Origin: Vermamoeba vermiformis
Lineage: Eukaryota
Direction of reading: 5' to 3'
Assembly: GCA_045837725.1 (NCBI GenBank)
Contig: JBEWZL010000260.1
Span: 186,001-250,000, forward strand
DNA: 64,000 nucleotides
Shown piece by piece: positions 40,344 through 53,898 of this stretch. Numbering within the stretch: the stretch's first letter is position 1; the number at the start of each line of letters is the position of its first letter. The translations under genes and the position numbers were made by a program. A model generated the notes under the pieces. It was not told the DNA's origin. It searched no databases and worked only from the letters and a program-made list of their open reading frames with translations.

Positions 40344-40683
40344 TGAATAATAGAATGTGTTGTATCGATACTTGGTGGTTTGTTGGAATATCGCAAGGTC
40401 GCAAAACAGATATTTATACCTTTTAGACCACGTGACCAGCTTCCAATCGCCGCCTTCTCCGTCGCCGCGGTTTACCAAATATGGTAAAGAAGTCCGACGC
40501 TTCTGGAATAGCAATTCTAGACTGTCGTATTGACAGAATATCGTATTCTTTTGTAGCTAGCAAAATGCAAGCCATAGAATAGCACCGGATCCATAAAAAT
40601 ATTTTTAAAATTAAAAATAAATACTTATCTGGATGATTTATCTGATTTCTACATCGTGGATCATATGAATGAATATCTAATAT

Positions 40684-41939
40684 CTAGTTTTCACCAGAGT
40701 ATCTCTTTGCGTCTCTAATATAACCGATCTGCAGCGAATCCAAAACTTCGCGGGCTCTGTGAGAGTGACCAACAGCTATTCATAATATTAATACCACTTC
40801 TTAAATACTATAAGAATATTTGAATAAGCGAAACTATAATAAATTTAAACAGCACCGCAAAGAGAGCAAACGTCAATCGATCTCGCCGCGGCGACGGAAT
40901 TTGGATAGACCGAAGTAAATTTAACTAATTTTAAATCGGTTCTTATTAACAGTATAATATTACCATATCGTATATAACTACTTACAGTTAAACTTGGTAG
41001 TGCCATCAGATCCCTTGTGCTGTTTTAAGACCCGTGTTAGTACGTGCAAAAACGGATCACGAGTCAAGTTGCTTAACGCTTAAACTACACGAGATATATA
41101 TAATACGTATACTACTTACGTCCATAATGATCTTGCCACCAGGGTGATAAGGAATCCAGCTAGTGACGTTGTACACTTTGTCGTCAATGATCATCCAGCA
41201 GTCAGTGTCGGTGTTGTGCTTGGCGACCTAATAGAATACGATAAGACTTTACTATAATATACTACCATTATATAATATCGTTGTGGCTGCTTAAGCAAAA
41301 TAATAATGGCTCCAGCTAAATTAAAAATTTAAATTTAACTTGATCTCGCTGGATCCATCTCACAAACATTCAACTTCAAAATAATGATTATAAAATTTAG
41401 CAGTATATTCTATTTCGTCAATAGTACTGCTAGTAGTGCCGATTAAATGTTCGACGGGAGTGATCCTGTGTCGTTTGAAAAAACTGACGTACCTCTTCTC
41501 TTGTGTAAATTTTCAATCCGTGCTTAGTCTTGCCGTCGTGCAAAGTAGTGGAGTGGTGATGGTGGTGATGCTCGCCATAAATGTCGTCTTCATCTGGATG
41601 TTTCGCACCGTGATGACCACCAGCGTAATTGCGGGTAGAAACGGCAGCAAAAATGCTCTTATTATTGCCCTGTAATTATTGATTATAAATTATGTAATTT
41701 AATGCGGCAGATATTTTATTTAATAATTTTGAAAAATTAAACCATGAAATTATGTGAGGATAAATTAATCCTCAATACACCACCATAATATACCGTATAA
41801 ATAATTTAATATTAAATTAAGCAAATATTTTATTGAGAAGATATTTATGGTTAAAATAGAGATCGAGTCAACTTACGGTAGCGAAAGTAGATCTGCTCTT
41901 GGAGATAGCAGTAGTAGCTCTAACTAATCTAGTCAACAT
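40684..41939 (-). CDS. Cytochrome b5 heme-domain protein with a mitochondrial presequence
   Basis: [20 protein letters not shown] presequence; [46 protein letters not shown] with both heme His; no TM tail. Confidence 0.88.
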
Positions 41940-42097
41940 GTTGTTTCGTTAAAATTAAAAATAATTAAAATGCTGCAGTGCCAGCGAAGAATTTTAGCGT
42001 CGGCCCTGGAAGGTCCCTAGAATCAAGCAATTTCAAGCAATAAATAAGTTTATTACACGTATGGATGCTAATTGGTGTATTAGCACTACGTATATTG

Positions 42098-44082
42098 TTA
42101 GATTACATGTGACGACTCGATATTGCCAGATGCAGTCTGAACGGCTCCTGCCTTCGTAAGAGGCTCAGAACGGCTAGTTCTAGCACTAGAGCTTGATCTT
42201 TGTACTTTAAGCGGCTTAAAGACGAGAACTTGGCACAAAGACACGAGAGCTAAGCCCAAAAAGACGAATAAGTTCAAAGCGATGAATCCACCAAACGTTC
42301 CGTTAGCACTAGCGAAAGGGAACATTCCAACTCCAATTAATAATAAGACGTATCCTCCTACGCTAAAAAATACCAATGTTGTGACCTGGATGAAGGTTAG
42401 ATCGGATGAACCTGGAGCAATACTGCAACGTACCTGGCGAAGCGCATTCGACCGCTTTGCTTTAATATTATGACTACCTTTCATTCTTCGAAGCAGTTTG
42501 ATGCCCATGACTAAGTAGACCACCGACACTCCAAGAATGACGATCACGTACACGACGAGCGAGATCACGTAGCTGATGAACATTGGCACCACGCCTGTGG
42601 ATCTAATTACGTCTGTGACGACCTCTAGTACTAACATAATGCCGCATAGGCAGTAGAACGGCGTTTTCAATCGATCTAAGAACTTGAACATTTTCAGCTT
42701 GGCATTTGAGACCACTTCGTACCTGTCATTTGGACACGTGTTATGAACAGTGCGGAACAAATACTTGGACTGGCGTACCAATAAAAACACAGTAGGAGGG
42801 AGGCAGACAGCACGAAGGGTATTGGCAGAGTATACAGTATATTGTCAGCGTAGAACGTGAGGATTCTTCTGAACCCATGCGGATCCACCAAAACATAAAA
42901 TCCTCGAACTAGCTACGAGTTAGTATTTCAGAAACTAGTAATAGTCCGTATGACGCGTACGTATAGCACCAATAGCGTGTAATATTAAGCTAGTCTGCGG
43001 AATGTTCCGAGCGCAACCTTGAACTTTGATAAATTGGTTGAGCCTCCACATTGATAACGCAAATATGACTAAATACGGTATTCCGCAGACAATTGAAAAC
43101 ATTACTTCAATCCTGTTTCCAAGCCAGAACGTGATCCATGGGTTTCCTTCTATAAAATTGAACGTCATTACTGGGCGGCCAACAAAATTTCCAAAGCTCC
43201 TACCTTGCGAAGTTAAGTTCACCATTAATACATCTTCGGATAAATAGACGTCAAGTAATGCCGCATAGGCCTCTTGTCCAATCTCCGCCACCGGAATAAC
43301 TAGATCGCTCGGATCTTTTCCATCACCATTGATTGCTATGCGACCAGGTATCACTATTTAAGCAAGACTTAGTATTTTGATTCAGAATGTCCTAAATTTA
43401 GCAAAGTTAAAGTATATCTTACGGAGGAGGTCGTTCCCAAACACAATTCCAGCAACGCCTAACTGTTGCATGGTACGAATGAATGTTGCTGGCGGACTGA
43501 TAGACGGAGACAAAATGAAATAGCCTGAAACGTTGCGAGAAATTGTTTCTGCGCTGGTTCGCGTAGTTCCTTCGGCAAAGTTTATCATTGGCACGTTTGT
43601 TACTTCATTCCAGGGCTCAATATCGTCTTAATGTAAAGATTAGTTGGTACTGAGTCAACAATAATCATAAATAATTTCAAGCACGCTCGGCGAACTGTGG
43701 ATCGTCAGATCCAAAATAGAGCTTCGAAATTTCCAAAAGAACGACAAGTCGTCAGTATTAAATTAATTACAGAATCTATTTCTTTGAGGAGTCAGGAATA
43801 AAATAAAGTGGCGCTGGAGTTGAATGACTGGATCACACAATTTTTGTCAACAAAAAATTGCAAGACTCACCACAGAAAATTGCAATAGAAAAACCGATCC
43901 GCCAATCAATTTTACGTCGCTTCATTACACTTACCAGCTAGTAAAATAGTAGATGACTCGAATTCCAATACTTCGCCGTTGGATCTCTGCACGATCAACC
44001 TCGCTTGCACGATCGACAACAGTAAAACCACTAGCGCGCATTGGCTAATGAATCTTGTCGCTGTTCCTCGACGAAGAAACAT
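42098..44082 (-). CDS. Second PA-like + about 7 TM receptor-like protein (paralogue of 21698..23717)
   Basis: Signal peptide; GVAGIVFG..IPVAEI; GNPW; YVLVDPHG, LPIPF..FYWYEVV, FLDRLKTPF. Confidence 0.72.
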
Positions 44083-44700
44083 TTGTGGTGGTGTTCCTGT
44101 TGAATCAATCAAATAAAGATACACAGACCCGCTATTGAACCAGTTTTAGTAAAGTAAGAACTTGACAGGCCGTTGATTGGCTGTCTCGAGCCAAAATGAC
44201 TCAAAAAATACTTTGCGTATAAAACATGCTGCCTATCTTTAGGTCCTATAGTAGATCAAGTTAGGACCAAGCTTGCAAGTCGTAAAAGTTGATTCAAGGA
44301 TATTTACGTTTGTGCCTAAACTTTACGGGCACCTGGCGTGATACACGTGCAACGAATTTCCGTGAAACATGTTCTTCGAAGCTATTCCTGGCTAGTATAG
44401 ACTCCTTTACGCGGTACTCGAGGCTAATGACCGTTGCAGCTGTAGAGCCAGTCTCGTTTCACTGAACGAGCAAGCAACTTCCGAAATTGGTTGGTAATCT
44501 TCTATTTCGTCTGAAATTACTATATCCAAGCTATTTCGAAGTTGTGGTTGTTTATTTGAATGGATATCTGTATGACAAAATCAAGGAGCGTATACTACAA
44601 GCAGATTTGCGACAAAAATTGATTATTAGAGGCTAATCATTAATATTTTTGTTTAAAATATTGTTAATTATATTTTTTGTTAAGCTATTACTGGGGTATT

Positions 44701-45829
44701 TTAGTTTTCGCGAGGAGCAAGACCAGTAACATACTCGGGATGCTTTTTGTACAATTGTTTGTAGTAATCTTCCTTTTGCTTAATTCCGTGTCTAACTTTG
44801 TATTCCCACATGGCACCAAATACCAAACCAATACCAACACCTAGCGAGCAAATAGATTAATTCAGTGAAAGGCGCAAAAAACTCATCTGAATCGAAAATC
44901 TGAAAATATCTGCGCCACAAAATTTGATACAATAATATAAAAAATAGGAATACGATAATTATAATATTTACGATGCTATGGATATTATTGCAAATTATTT
45001 AAAATCACTTACCAATAGTAATAGTGCGCTTGAGCCAGTTCTTGAAGAACCAAGGGAATCCAGCACGGTGCTCTTGCAGACCGACGAACTTACGTCTCAA
45101 GAGGTTGACTTGGGAAGCCTTCTCGCGCAAACCATGCTTGAGTTCCACGGCGAGCTTCTCTTCAGCGAGCTTGGATCTAATAAGAGAGAAGTCCTTGGTG
45201 GTCTTAACATCAACGCCAGTAAGAGCCTTGATCTTGGCTTGAGCGTTGCTAACTTGTTGAGCAAGAGGACCAGAGGCCAACGAGGCTTGTCTTGAAGCCA
45301 AATCCTTGCTAATCTCGTTAATTTTGCTTTGAACAAAAGCAGCAGCTTCCTTGGCTTGACCAGCATTGAATAATCTGTTAACGTCTCCTTGATAATTGTC
45401 CATAACTACATCAATAGGGTCCACAGCGCCCAAGGCGATGAGAAAATCTCTGTTGGCAAGATCGACTCCGTACTTCTCCTTGACGACTTTATTGTATTCA
45501 CTTTCCACGAGTGATTGAGCTGCTGCGAATTGTGCTTCGGCTTGTGTAATCTCCTCCTTGTAAGGGTTGTCACTGCGAGAAGCGTCGATAGCTGCATCTG
45601 CCTTTTGTTTTTCAGCAGCAATAACGGAGGGATTGACTCCGAATTCTTGAATAAAATTGGTCTCCCAAGTTTGCATGGCTTCAGCTGACATGCCTTGATA
45701 ACGGTTGAGGAGGTATTCAACACGAGCACGACGAGCCACAATCTGCTCATCGGTCAATTGTTGTTGCTTGTATGCATTGTAGACTTCCGGGGAGAAGCCA
45801 GCATTAGGAACGTTGGTTACGCTAGCCAT
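44701..45829 (-). CDS. Helical protein with a single C-terminal TM resembling cytochrome c oxidase Cox9/COX6C
   Basis: Two exons (intron about 44842-45011); tail WLKRTITIGVGIGLVFGAMWEYKVRHGIKQKEDYYKQL; strong codon bias. Confidence 0.7.
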
Positions 45830-46022
45830 GGTTGTTTGATATATTCGAAAAAAACAAGCAAAATAATTCAATAAACTTAAAATTCGTTTTTTTCTGGGCC
45901 CTCATTTTCCGAAGGAATTTGGCCCAAAATCAAAAAACAACAGCCAAAGCAAAGAAAAATAACAATGTTGGACTCGCTTGTTCTTTTTGTGCTAGGCGAA
46001 GTACCTCAATCAGTTTATCACG

Positions 46023-49000
46023 ATGGACAATAATTTATACGACGAGTTTGGTAATTATATTGGTCCGGAGTTGGAAGAGGAAGACGAGTCTATCGATGAG
46101 GAAGAGAACGCCTACTTAGACAGTCTCAGAGCCAAGGACGAGGAACCATCTGACAATGGTGACCGTATGCAGATTGAAGGTATGTTTTATTTTGCTTCGA
46201 GGGCGGTTACAACGCTGCCAAATTTTTGCGCATCTAAAAAACCAAAAAAATTATTTCATAATTTTGTACAATTATTAATAATTCGTTATTTGCCCATAAT
46301 ATAGAAAGCACCGAACGAGCCATCGTCTTGCACGAAAACAAGCAATATTATCCAGACGCTGAGGCTGTTTATGGAAAAGATGTCGAGATCACTGTTCAAG
46401 ACGAAGATACACAGCCAATTAGCAAACCAATCGTTGAACCATTAAAACAAAAGAAATTCGATCACAGAGAGATTGTCAGCGATTTGCCTGCTTCTACTTA
46501 TACAAAAGAGTAAGTGGCGCGATCGACGATCGCCTAGAAAAATTTTATTTTTTCATCTAAGCTCCATAAATTAACTATTTTATAGTTTTATGTTGTCCTT
46601 AATGGAAACACCCGAGAATGTTCGTAACGTAGCTTTGGCTGGCAATTTACACACTGGCAAGACTTATTTTGTCGATATGCTTGTTCAACAAACTCACCAC
46701 GACAGACAAAACTTGTACAAACACGTAAGTTGCATATTTATACTTATTTTACGAAATTTATAATAATCGGCCTGCTTTTTTGTAGGAACGGTTTACTGAC
46801 ACTCGTTACGACGAGCAAGAGCGAGGATTGAGCATTAAAGCCACGCCCGTTAGTTTGGTGCTGCCGTGTCTCCGTTCTAAGAATTATTTGATGAATTTGT
46901 ATGATACTCCGGGCCACATCAACTTCTCAGACGAAGTCACCGCTGCCATGAGGCTCTCTGATGGTGTCGTGATCTTCGTCGATGCTATTGACGGCGTAAG
47001 TATTTCAAATGTTAGCGGTGTAATTCTTATTTAGATCGATCATTGTCACGTGACACGTGGTTCATTTGGTGCCAAAACTGGCGATTAATAGAGGTACTAT
47101 TTTAGGTCATGTCTCAAACAGAGCGATTGATTCGTCACGCCATTCAAGAGCGTCTTCCATTCACCATTGTAATTAACAAAATTGATCGATTGATTCTCGA
47201 GTTGAAGTTGCCGCCTAATGACGCCTACTTCAAGCTCCGTCACACGATCGATGAGATCAACGAATTATTGAAGTAAGTGCTAACGTATTGTCAAGAACGT
47301 CGCTAACCAATGATGTTTCAGGAGTGCTGTCCCCGTGCTCGACCAAGAGAACCGCAGTTACCCCACAACTAAAGTTTCACCGAAACTCAATAACGTTTGC
47401 TTTGCTAGCGGAGAGTTTGGTTTCAGTTTCACTTTGAAGCAGTTTGCACAAATCTACGCCGAAAGAAACGGCGGTGGAATTAATGTCGATATGTTGACTC
47501 AGCGATTGTGGGGCAACAAGTTCTTCGATAGAAAGACTCAGAAAGTTTGTCAAGAAGCAACCCGACGCAGAAACACCGCGCAGTTTTGTTCAATTTGTGT
47601 TGGAGCCTCTGTACAAAATCATCAGTCAGGTAGTCGGCGAAGAGCCCGACATTTTGAAGGTAAGTTCCTGAGATTATATTACTGCCAATAGGAGTATTAA
47701 TCAGTGAGTTTTTGTCCTCTTTAGAGAGTCATCGAAGACCTCGGCATTCACATGCGAAAAGATGAATACAGTTTGGACACCAAGCCCTTGTTGAAGGTCG
47801 TGTTGAGCAAGTTTTTCGGCAATTCTACTGGCTTTGTTAGTATGATCACCGAACACGTCTTGTCGCCTGTAGCTAATGCTCAAACTAAGGTAAGAATTGT
47901 CTTTGCGATTTCATATTGCGTGCAACTTCGACTAATGATTGTTAGATTGAGCAAATCTACACTGGTCCTATGAACACACCGCTCGCTAAGGCGATGTTAA
48001 AATGCGATCCTAAAGGCCCCTTAATGATTCACATTACGAAGCTTTACCCCAACAAGGAGCTCACTCACTTCGACGCCATGGGTCGAGTGTTCAGCGGTAG
48101 AATCAAGCTCGGTGAGCGCGTGAAAGTATTAGGCGAGAACTATTCGCTCGAAGATGAAGAAGACATGGCCCTTGAAGACGTCACTGGTTTGAAGGTGCTC
48201 AATGCACGCTACGAAGTTGGACTTACCTCCGTACCGGCTGGTAACTGGGTCGTCATCGAAGGAGTCGACAATATCATTTCTAAGACTGCAACTATTACCA
48301 CGAGTGTGGGCAACAACGATGTTTATATTTTCAGACCGTTGCGGTAAGTTAGATATCATTTTACGAGTAACGCATCTATCAGCTTTAAGAGCACGTGCTT
48401 ATTCGTAGTGTTAGTCCTAATAAGCTTTTCTTTGCAGATTTAACACACTGTCAGCGGTTAAGGTTGCCGTCGAGCCTCTCAACCCTGCAGACTTGCCAAA
48501 GATGATTGATGGTCTGCGAAAGATTGACAAGACCTATCCTTTGGCCACCAAGAAAGTCGAAGAGTCTGGCGAGCACGTGATTATGGGCACTGGTGAATTG
48601 TACATGGACTCGATCCTTTACGACATGCGAAAGGTTTTCACCGACATTGAAATCAAAGTTTCCGACCCTGTCGTTGGTTTCTGCGAGACAGTCATCGAGA
48701 CATCTTCATTGAAGTGCTTCGCTGAAACACCGAACAAGAAGAACAAGCTCACTATGATTGCTGAGCCTATGGAGAAGGGTTTGGCTGAAGACATCGAATC
48801 CCGACGAGTACGACTTGACTGGGACAAGAAGAGGCTGCGCACTTGGTTCCAAGAGAACTACGATTGGGACGTTTTGGCTGCTAGAAATATTTGGGCCTTT
48901 GGACCCGATGCACACGGTCCCAACATTTTGTTGAACGACACTTTGCCGAGTGAAGTAGACCAAGTCCTGTTGAGCAACGTGCAAGACTCCGTTGTTCAAG

Positions 49001-49614
49001 GCTTCCAATGGGCTTCCAAAGAAGGTCCTTTGTGCGAAGAGCCTATCCGCAACGTCAAGTTCAAGATCTTGCATGCTAATGTCTCTGACGATCCGTTGTT
49101 GCGTGGTGGTAACCAAGTCATCCCTACCGCTCGTCGTGTAGCCTACAGCGCCTTCTTGACCGCCACTCCTCGTATCATGGAGCCTGTCTATGCCGTTGAA
49201 ATCCAAACCACAGCTGATGTCGTCAGTGCGATCTACAACGTATTGGCGCGCAGAAGAGGTCACGTGACTGAAGAAAAGCCCAAGGCTGGCTCGCCTTTGT
49301 ACACCGTCAAGGCCTTCTTGCCCGTTATCGATTCATTCGGTTTCGAAACCGATCTTCGATCGCACACTCAGGGTCAAGCGTTCTGCATGTCCGTGTTCGA
49401 TCACTGGGCGATCGTGCCTGGAGATCCTCTCGACAAGACTATTGTGCTCAAGCCATTAGAACCTGCTCCTCCTTCACACTTGGCTCGTGATTTCATGGTT
49501 AAGACCCGAAAGCGCAAGGGTCTTAGCGAGGATGTGAGCATTAGCAAATTCTTCGATGAAGATCTGATGCTCAGCATAAAGAAATCTGACATTGATATTT
49601 CAAACTACTTGTAA
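46023..49614 (+). CDS. SNU114: U5 snRNP 116-kDa GTPase (EF-2-like)
   Basis: [56 protein letters not shown]; apparent 1-nt frameshift near 47540. Confidence 0.97.
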
Positions 49615-49893
49615 AACAACAAACCGAACTAACAAACAAAGCAATGTAACATGCTGCATCGTACCGCAAAAAAATCTAATAAAGGACAAAGTTCCAACCA
49701 GAAGACTTCATCGCAAGAGCAGAAGCACAAAAAGCTTCCAAAGTTAAATTGTATATTGTATAAGGTGGTGTAGAATTTACTAAAAAGGGTCGAAAACTAC
49801 GGCATCTGCACTAGAAGATCGGGAATGTGACATAAACTTCCAGAAGAATGCGCGGTCCGCAAAATAAAACAAAAAAATTTACCAGCCATTTAA

Positions 49894-51268
49894 ATGTTTT
49901 TAAGACGAGTAACAACACGATTACTAACAACAAACAAAGCTACTACAACAGTACAAAGCTCAAATCTACTTTTAATTTTGAAAAGAAATATGGCCACCGA
50001 AAATAAGCAGAATACTACTTGGGTTAAAGACATCAAGGACGGTGAATTCGTTCGCAGAGGTAAGAATAAGATTTTGAGCGCGCTGAAAAGCTTTTCAGAT
50101 CGTGTCAAAATTGCAATATCATAAATTTACTTTCAATGGTTATAAAATATTAATACATAATTATTTTTAGCTGCATCGTTCCGAAATAAAGTTACTGCCG
50201 ACGGAAGCAGTGGATTCAAAGCTGAGGCTAACAGATACCACCTGTACGTCTCCTTCGCTTGCCCTTGGGTACGTTACTGCTCGAATACTTATCCGCGATT
50301 TTTTCTTATTAATTGTTAAAAGGCACACCGAACTTTGATTGTCCGAAACTTGAAAGGTCTCGAAGACGTGATTACCGTGGATGTAGTCGACCACTTCTTG
50401 GGCACTGAAGGCTGGAGATTCAACGATCAAGTCCCTGGAGCTACTCTTGATCGCGTTAACAACTTTCACTTCCTCTCAGAACTTTACAGACAATCGGAGC
50501 CTGATTACGATGGTCGCTTCACCGTGCCCGTTTTATACGACAAACAAGTACGTATAAAATGCGATTAATATCGGTCAAGAGCTTGTAATAACTATGTATC
50601 TCTATAGAATAAGAAGATCGTCAACAACGAGTCCTCAGAAATTATCGTCATGTTGAACAAGGAATTCAATGCGTTCGCCAAGCATCCTGAACTGGACTTG
50701 TACCCTGAAGATTTGCAACAAAAGGTCGAAGATCTGAATGGTTGGATTTACGATGGAATTAACAACGGTGTCTACAAGTGCGGGTAAGTCGATCTCGTGG
50801 TGCTGTTTCGAACAAAACCTAATTCTACGGTATAGTTTTGCCACTACTCAAGCTGCTTACGAGAAGAACTTCTTTGCTTTGTTTGAGGCTATGGACCGCG
50901 TTGAAGCTATCTTGGCCAAGTCTCGTTACTTGACTGGCGACAAGCTCACTCTCGCTGATATTCGTTTGTGGACCACTTTGCTTCGCTTCGATCCTGTCTA
51001 CTATGGTATGCGCACACATTAAGTTTTAAAGCCGCAATTAACGAGCCTTATTGCGACAGGTCACTTCAAGACAAACAAGAAGAGATTGATTGACTACCCC
51101 AACCTCTGGCGTTTCACTCGTGAGCTCTATCAAATGCCTGATGTCAAGCGCACCGTGAATATGGAGCACATCAAGAAGCACTACTACGGCTCGCACAAGT
51201 CGATCAATCCTACCGGTGTCGTGCCCGTCGGACCTGAGATCGACTTCGATGCTCCTATCCAACACTAA
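49894..51268 (+). CDS. ECM4: Glutathionyl-hydroquinone reductase (Xi/omega-like GST, YqjG/Ecm4 family)
   Basis: RYHLYVSFACPWAHRTL, FTVPVLYDK, IVNNESSEI, INNGVYKCGFA, TLLRFDPVY, HIKKHYYGSH. Confidence 0.93.
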
Positions 51269-51514
51269 GAGTGAAGAACACAATATAATATAACCCTAGA
51301 ATGGTTGTCGTTATGTAAATAAATAACTACGCTGTACGCACGACAAAAAACAATCGAGTCATATCTCCTTTTCTGGTTCGGTCTCGCCAAATTTGTCCGG
51401 AGAGACTGTTTGTTGCTTGAGTTTACCGTTCGGTGGTGCGCCCATTTGTTGTTTTTTTGTGACTGGAGGGTCAATCAAGCTCAAGTATTATTATATACAC
51501 CATATAATCTCCAT

Positions 51515-53589
51515 ATGTTTGCTTCGAAGGCTCTCTCTGTTTTGACTAGACGCGTGGCTAAGCCTAACGCTCTCAAGGTAAAATAAATATTATTACTCGT
51601 GTATTTATACGCGTATACGAATTTATTAACCCTCTATTACGTATCAATAATGGTAGACAGCGCATCAAATCTGTTTCATTAAAAAATGTTTAGTAATTTT
51701 GTTATCGCGTATCACGCGATAAATAATTGCCTATTAATTTATTAGGGCCAATTATACGTTTAATTTCAATTTTTAAAATGCTGCAGCTGTCCGCAATAAT
51801 TGCATCACGTTGTTGTTTTCACATCTATAACAAACTGACAGCCAATAATATTTATTTAGTATAATAATTATAAAAGAGGATTATTAAATAATATTCGGAC
51901 ATAAGAGGAGGGGATATACAAGCTTATAAGCAAATTACAGCAGAATCTGAACAATAATTCTAATTTTCACCAACAATAGGCCAAGAACTTCAGCACCTTT
52001 GCTGATGCTACCGACGTTCGTCAAACCACTTTGGCTAACGGCCTTAAAGTCATTTCTGTTGAGGCTTCAACTCCCTCATCTAGCGTCAGCTTGTTCATTA
52101 ACGGTGGCAGCCGAACAGAAGATCCTCACAACCCTGGTTTGACCCACTTTTTGAAATATGTTGCTTACAGAGTAAGTCATTTTCCGCACATTAGAACATT
52201 ACTACCGATAATAATACTTTGTGGATCCGATCTACCAAAACAAATATCACGGGATCGAGAAAATATCTGGATAAATTTGAATAATAGCGAAAATAATATT
52301 TATGGATGACATTCGTAGGATTCACACAAGAAACACGCCTTGAGATTGGTGCGTGATATTGAAGCCACTGGCAGCACTTTCACTTCTGCTATTTCACGTG
52401 AAACCGTCGAATACCACGTTGCTGGCATGCCTCCATATGTCAAGAACATGGTTCTCACTTTGGGCTGCGTTGTCAACCCCGTTATTGACGAGTGGGAAGT
52501 CGACGATATCACTCACACTCTCGGCTCCGAAGTTGCTACCCTCGAGTCCAACCCCGAGACTCAAGTCTTCGAGGCTATGCACCGTGAAGCTTTCAGAAAT
52601 CAAGCCTTGGGCAACCCTCTGTACTGCCCCTCTTACAACGTTCACGGCGTCACTCACACCGCTCTCCGTGACCACGTTGCCAGAACTTTCTCATCTGACC
52701 GCATGGTTCTCTTTGGCGCTGGTGTTGACCACAACGAACTCGTCAAGCTCGCCAACAATCACTTCGAGTCTGCTTACAAATCTGTTGCTCCTGTAAGTCT
52801 AGCGCAAGGTCAAGTTGCACCGCTGAACACCGGTACTAATACGGATTAATTTACAGCCTAAAGCTCAAAACAAGTTTGTTGGTGGTGGTGAATTCCGTTT
52901 GCCTGGCCACGGTGCTACTCACGTTGCCGTTGTTCACGAAGGTACTGCTATCTCTAGCAACGACTGGTTCGCTCACGCTGTTTTGCAACACGTTATTGGT
53001 GGTGGTGTCAACTCTTTGAGATTCCGCCCCGGTCAAGGCCGCAGCTCTCGTCTCTTCCGTGACGTTGTTGAACCCAACACTTGGATGGTTCAAGTAAGTA
53101 TTGCACGAGCACGAGGTCTATTGCACGGTACTAATTGGTCACTAGGCCAACGCCTTCAACTTGTCTTACAGTGATGCTGGTTTGTTCGGTCTCTACGCTG
53201 AGGCTCAACAAGGTCACGCTGGAGCTGCTTTGGACGCTGTCTTCGCTGCCTTGAAGTCTGTCAAGGACCGTCGTCCCACCGACGAAGAAGTCGCCAAGGG
53301 TCGTGCTTTGCTCAAGGTACGTGACACTTCTTATTGAGATTAGTGACTCGAAACTAATAGTATTCGCGTGTAGTCCTCTTTCTTGGCCTCTGTTCAACAC
53401 CCCGCTCAATTGGCTGAGTTCTACGCCAGCCAAGCTTTCAATGGACAGACCGTTGTCAGCCCTGCTGAATTTTTGAAGAAGGTCGATAGCGTTTCCACCG
53501 CTGATGTCAATAAGGCTCTCGATAAGATCTTGGCCTCAAAGGCTACTGTCGTCGCCGTTGGTGATATTTACGGAATGAAGAAATACTAA
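51515..53589 (+). CDS. Mitochondrial processing peptidase alpha / cytochrome bc1 core protein 2 (M16, non-catalytic)
   Basis: Presequence; TTLANGLKV, GSRTE..GLTHFLK (no HxxEH); Gly-rich loop GGGVNSLRFRPGQGRSSRL; YSDAGLFG. Confidence 0.9.
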
Positions 53590-53898
53590 ACGAAGATCCG
53601 ATCTGAAAATAATAATTTTATTTAATATCCAAAAAGCTTAATCAAGATGATGAATGGCGGTTTGATATCTATTGTATAAATTGTTCTTAAGCTCAAGAAA
53701 CGGCTATCTTATCTATCTATTTTTGTTTTTGTAGCTGCAAGAATAAAACCCCGCGAACAATTATAAAGCAATAGCTGGCGTGCCTCAATCGTTCTTATGA
53801 TTATGATAGTGATGATTGACCTAAAATAGGAAAGGTTTATTTTTAAATCGACATGCAAGTTCTGATTGATCCTAAAAATTCAAGACTAACAACACATA

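Noticed and set aside
47530-47560. Frameshift in SNU114 (..ACTCAGAAAGTTTGTC..) as programmed frameshifting or a pseudogene
   Set aside because: Essential, otherwise intact gene; removing one base restores [19 protein letters not shown]. Most likely an assembly indel.
53810-53866. Possible C/D box snoRNA (GTGATGA...CTGA)
   Set aside because: No terminal stem or recognisable rRNA guide; lies in the UBX gene's upstream region.
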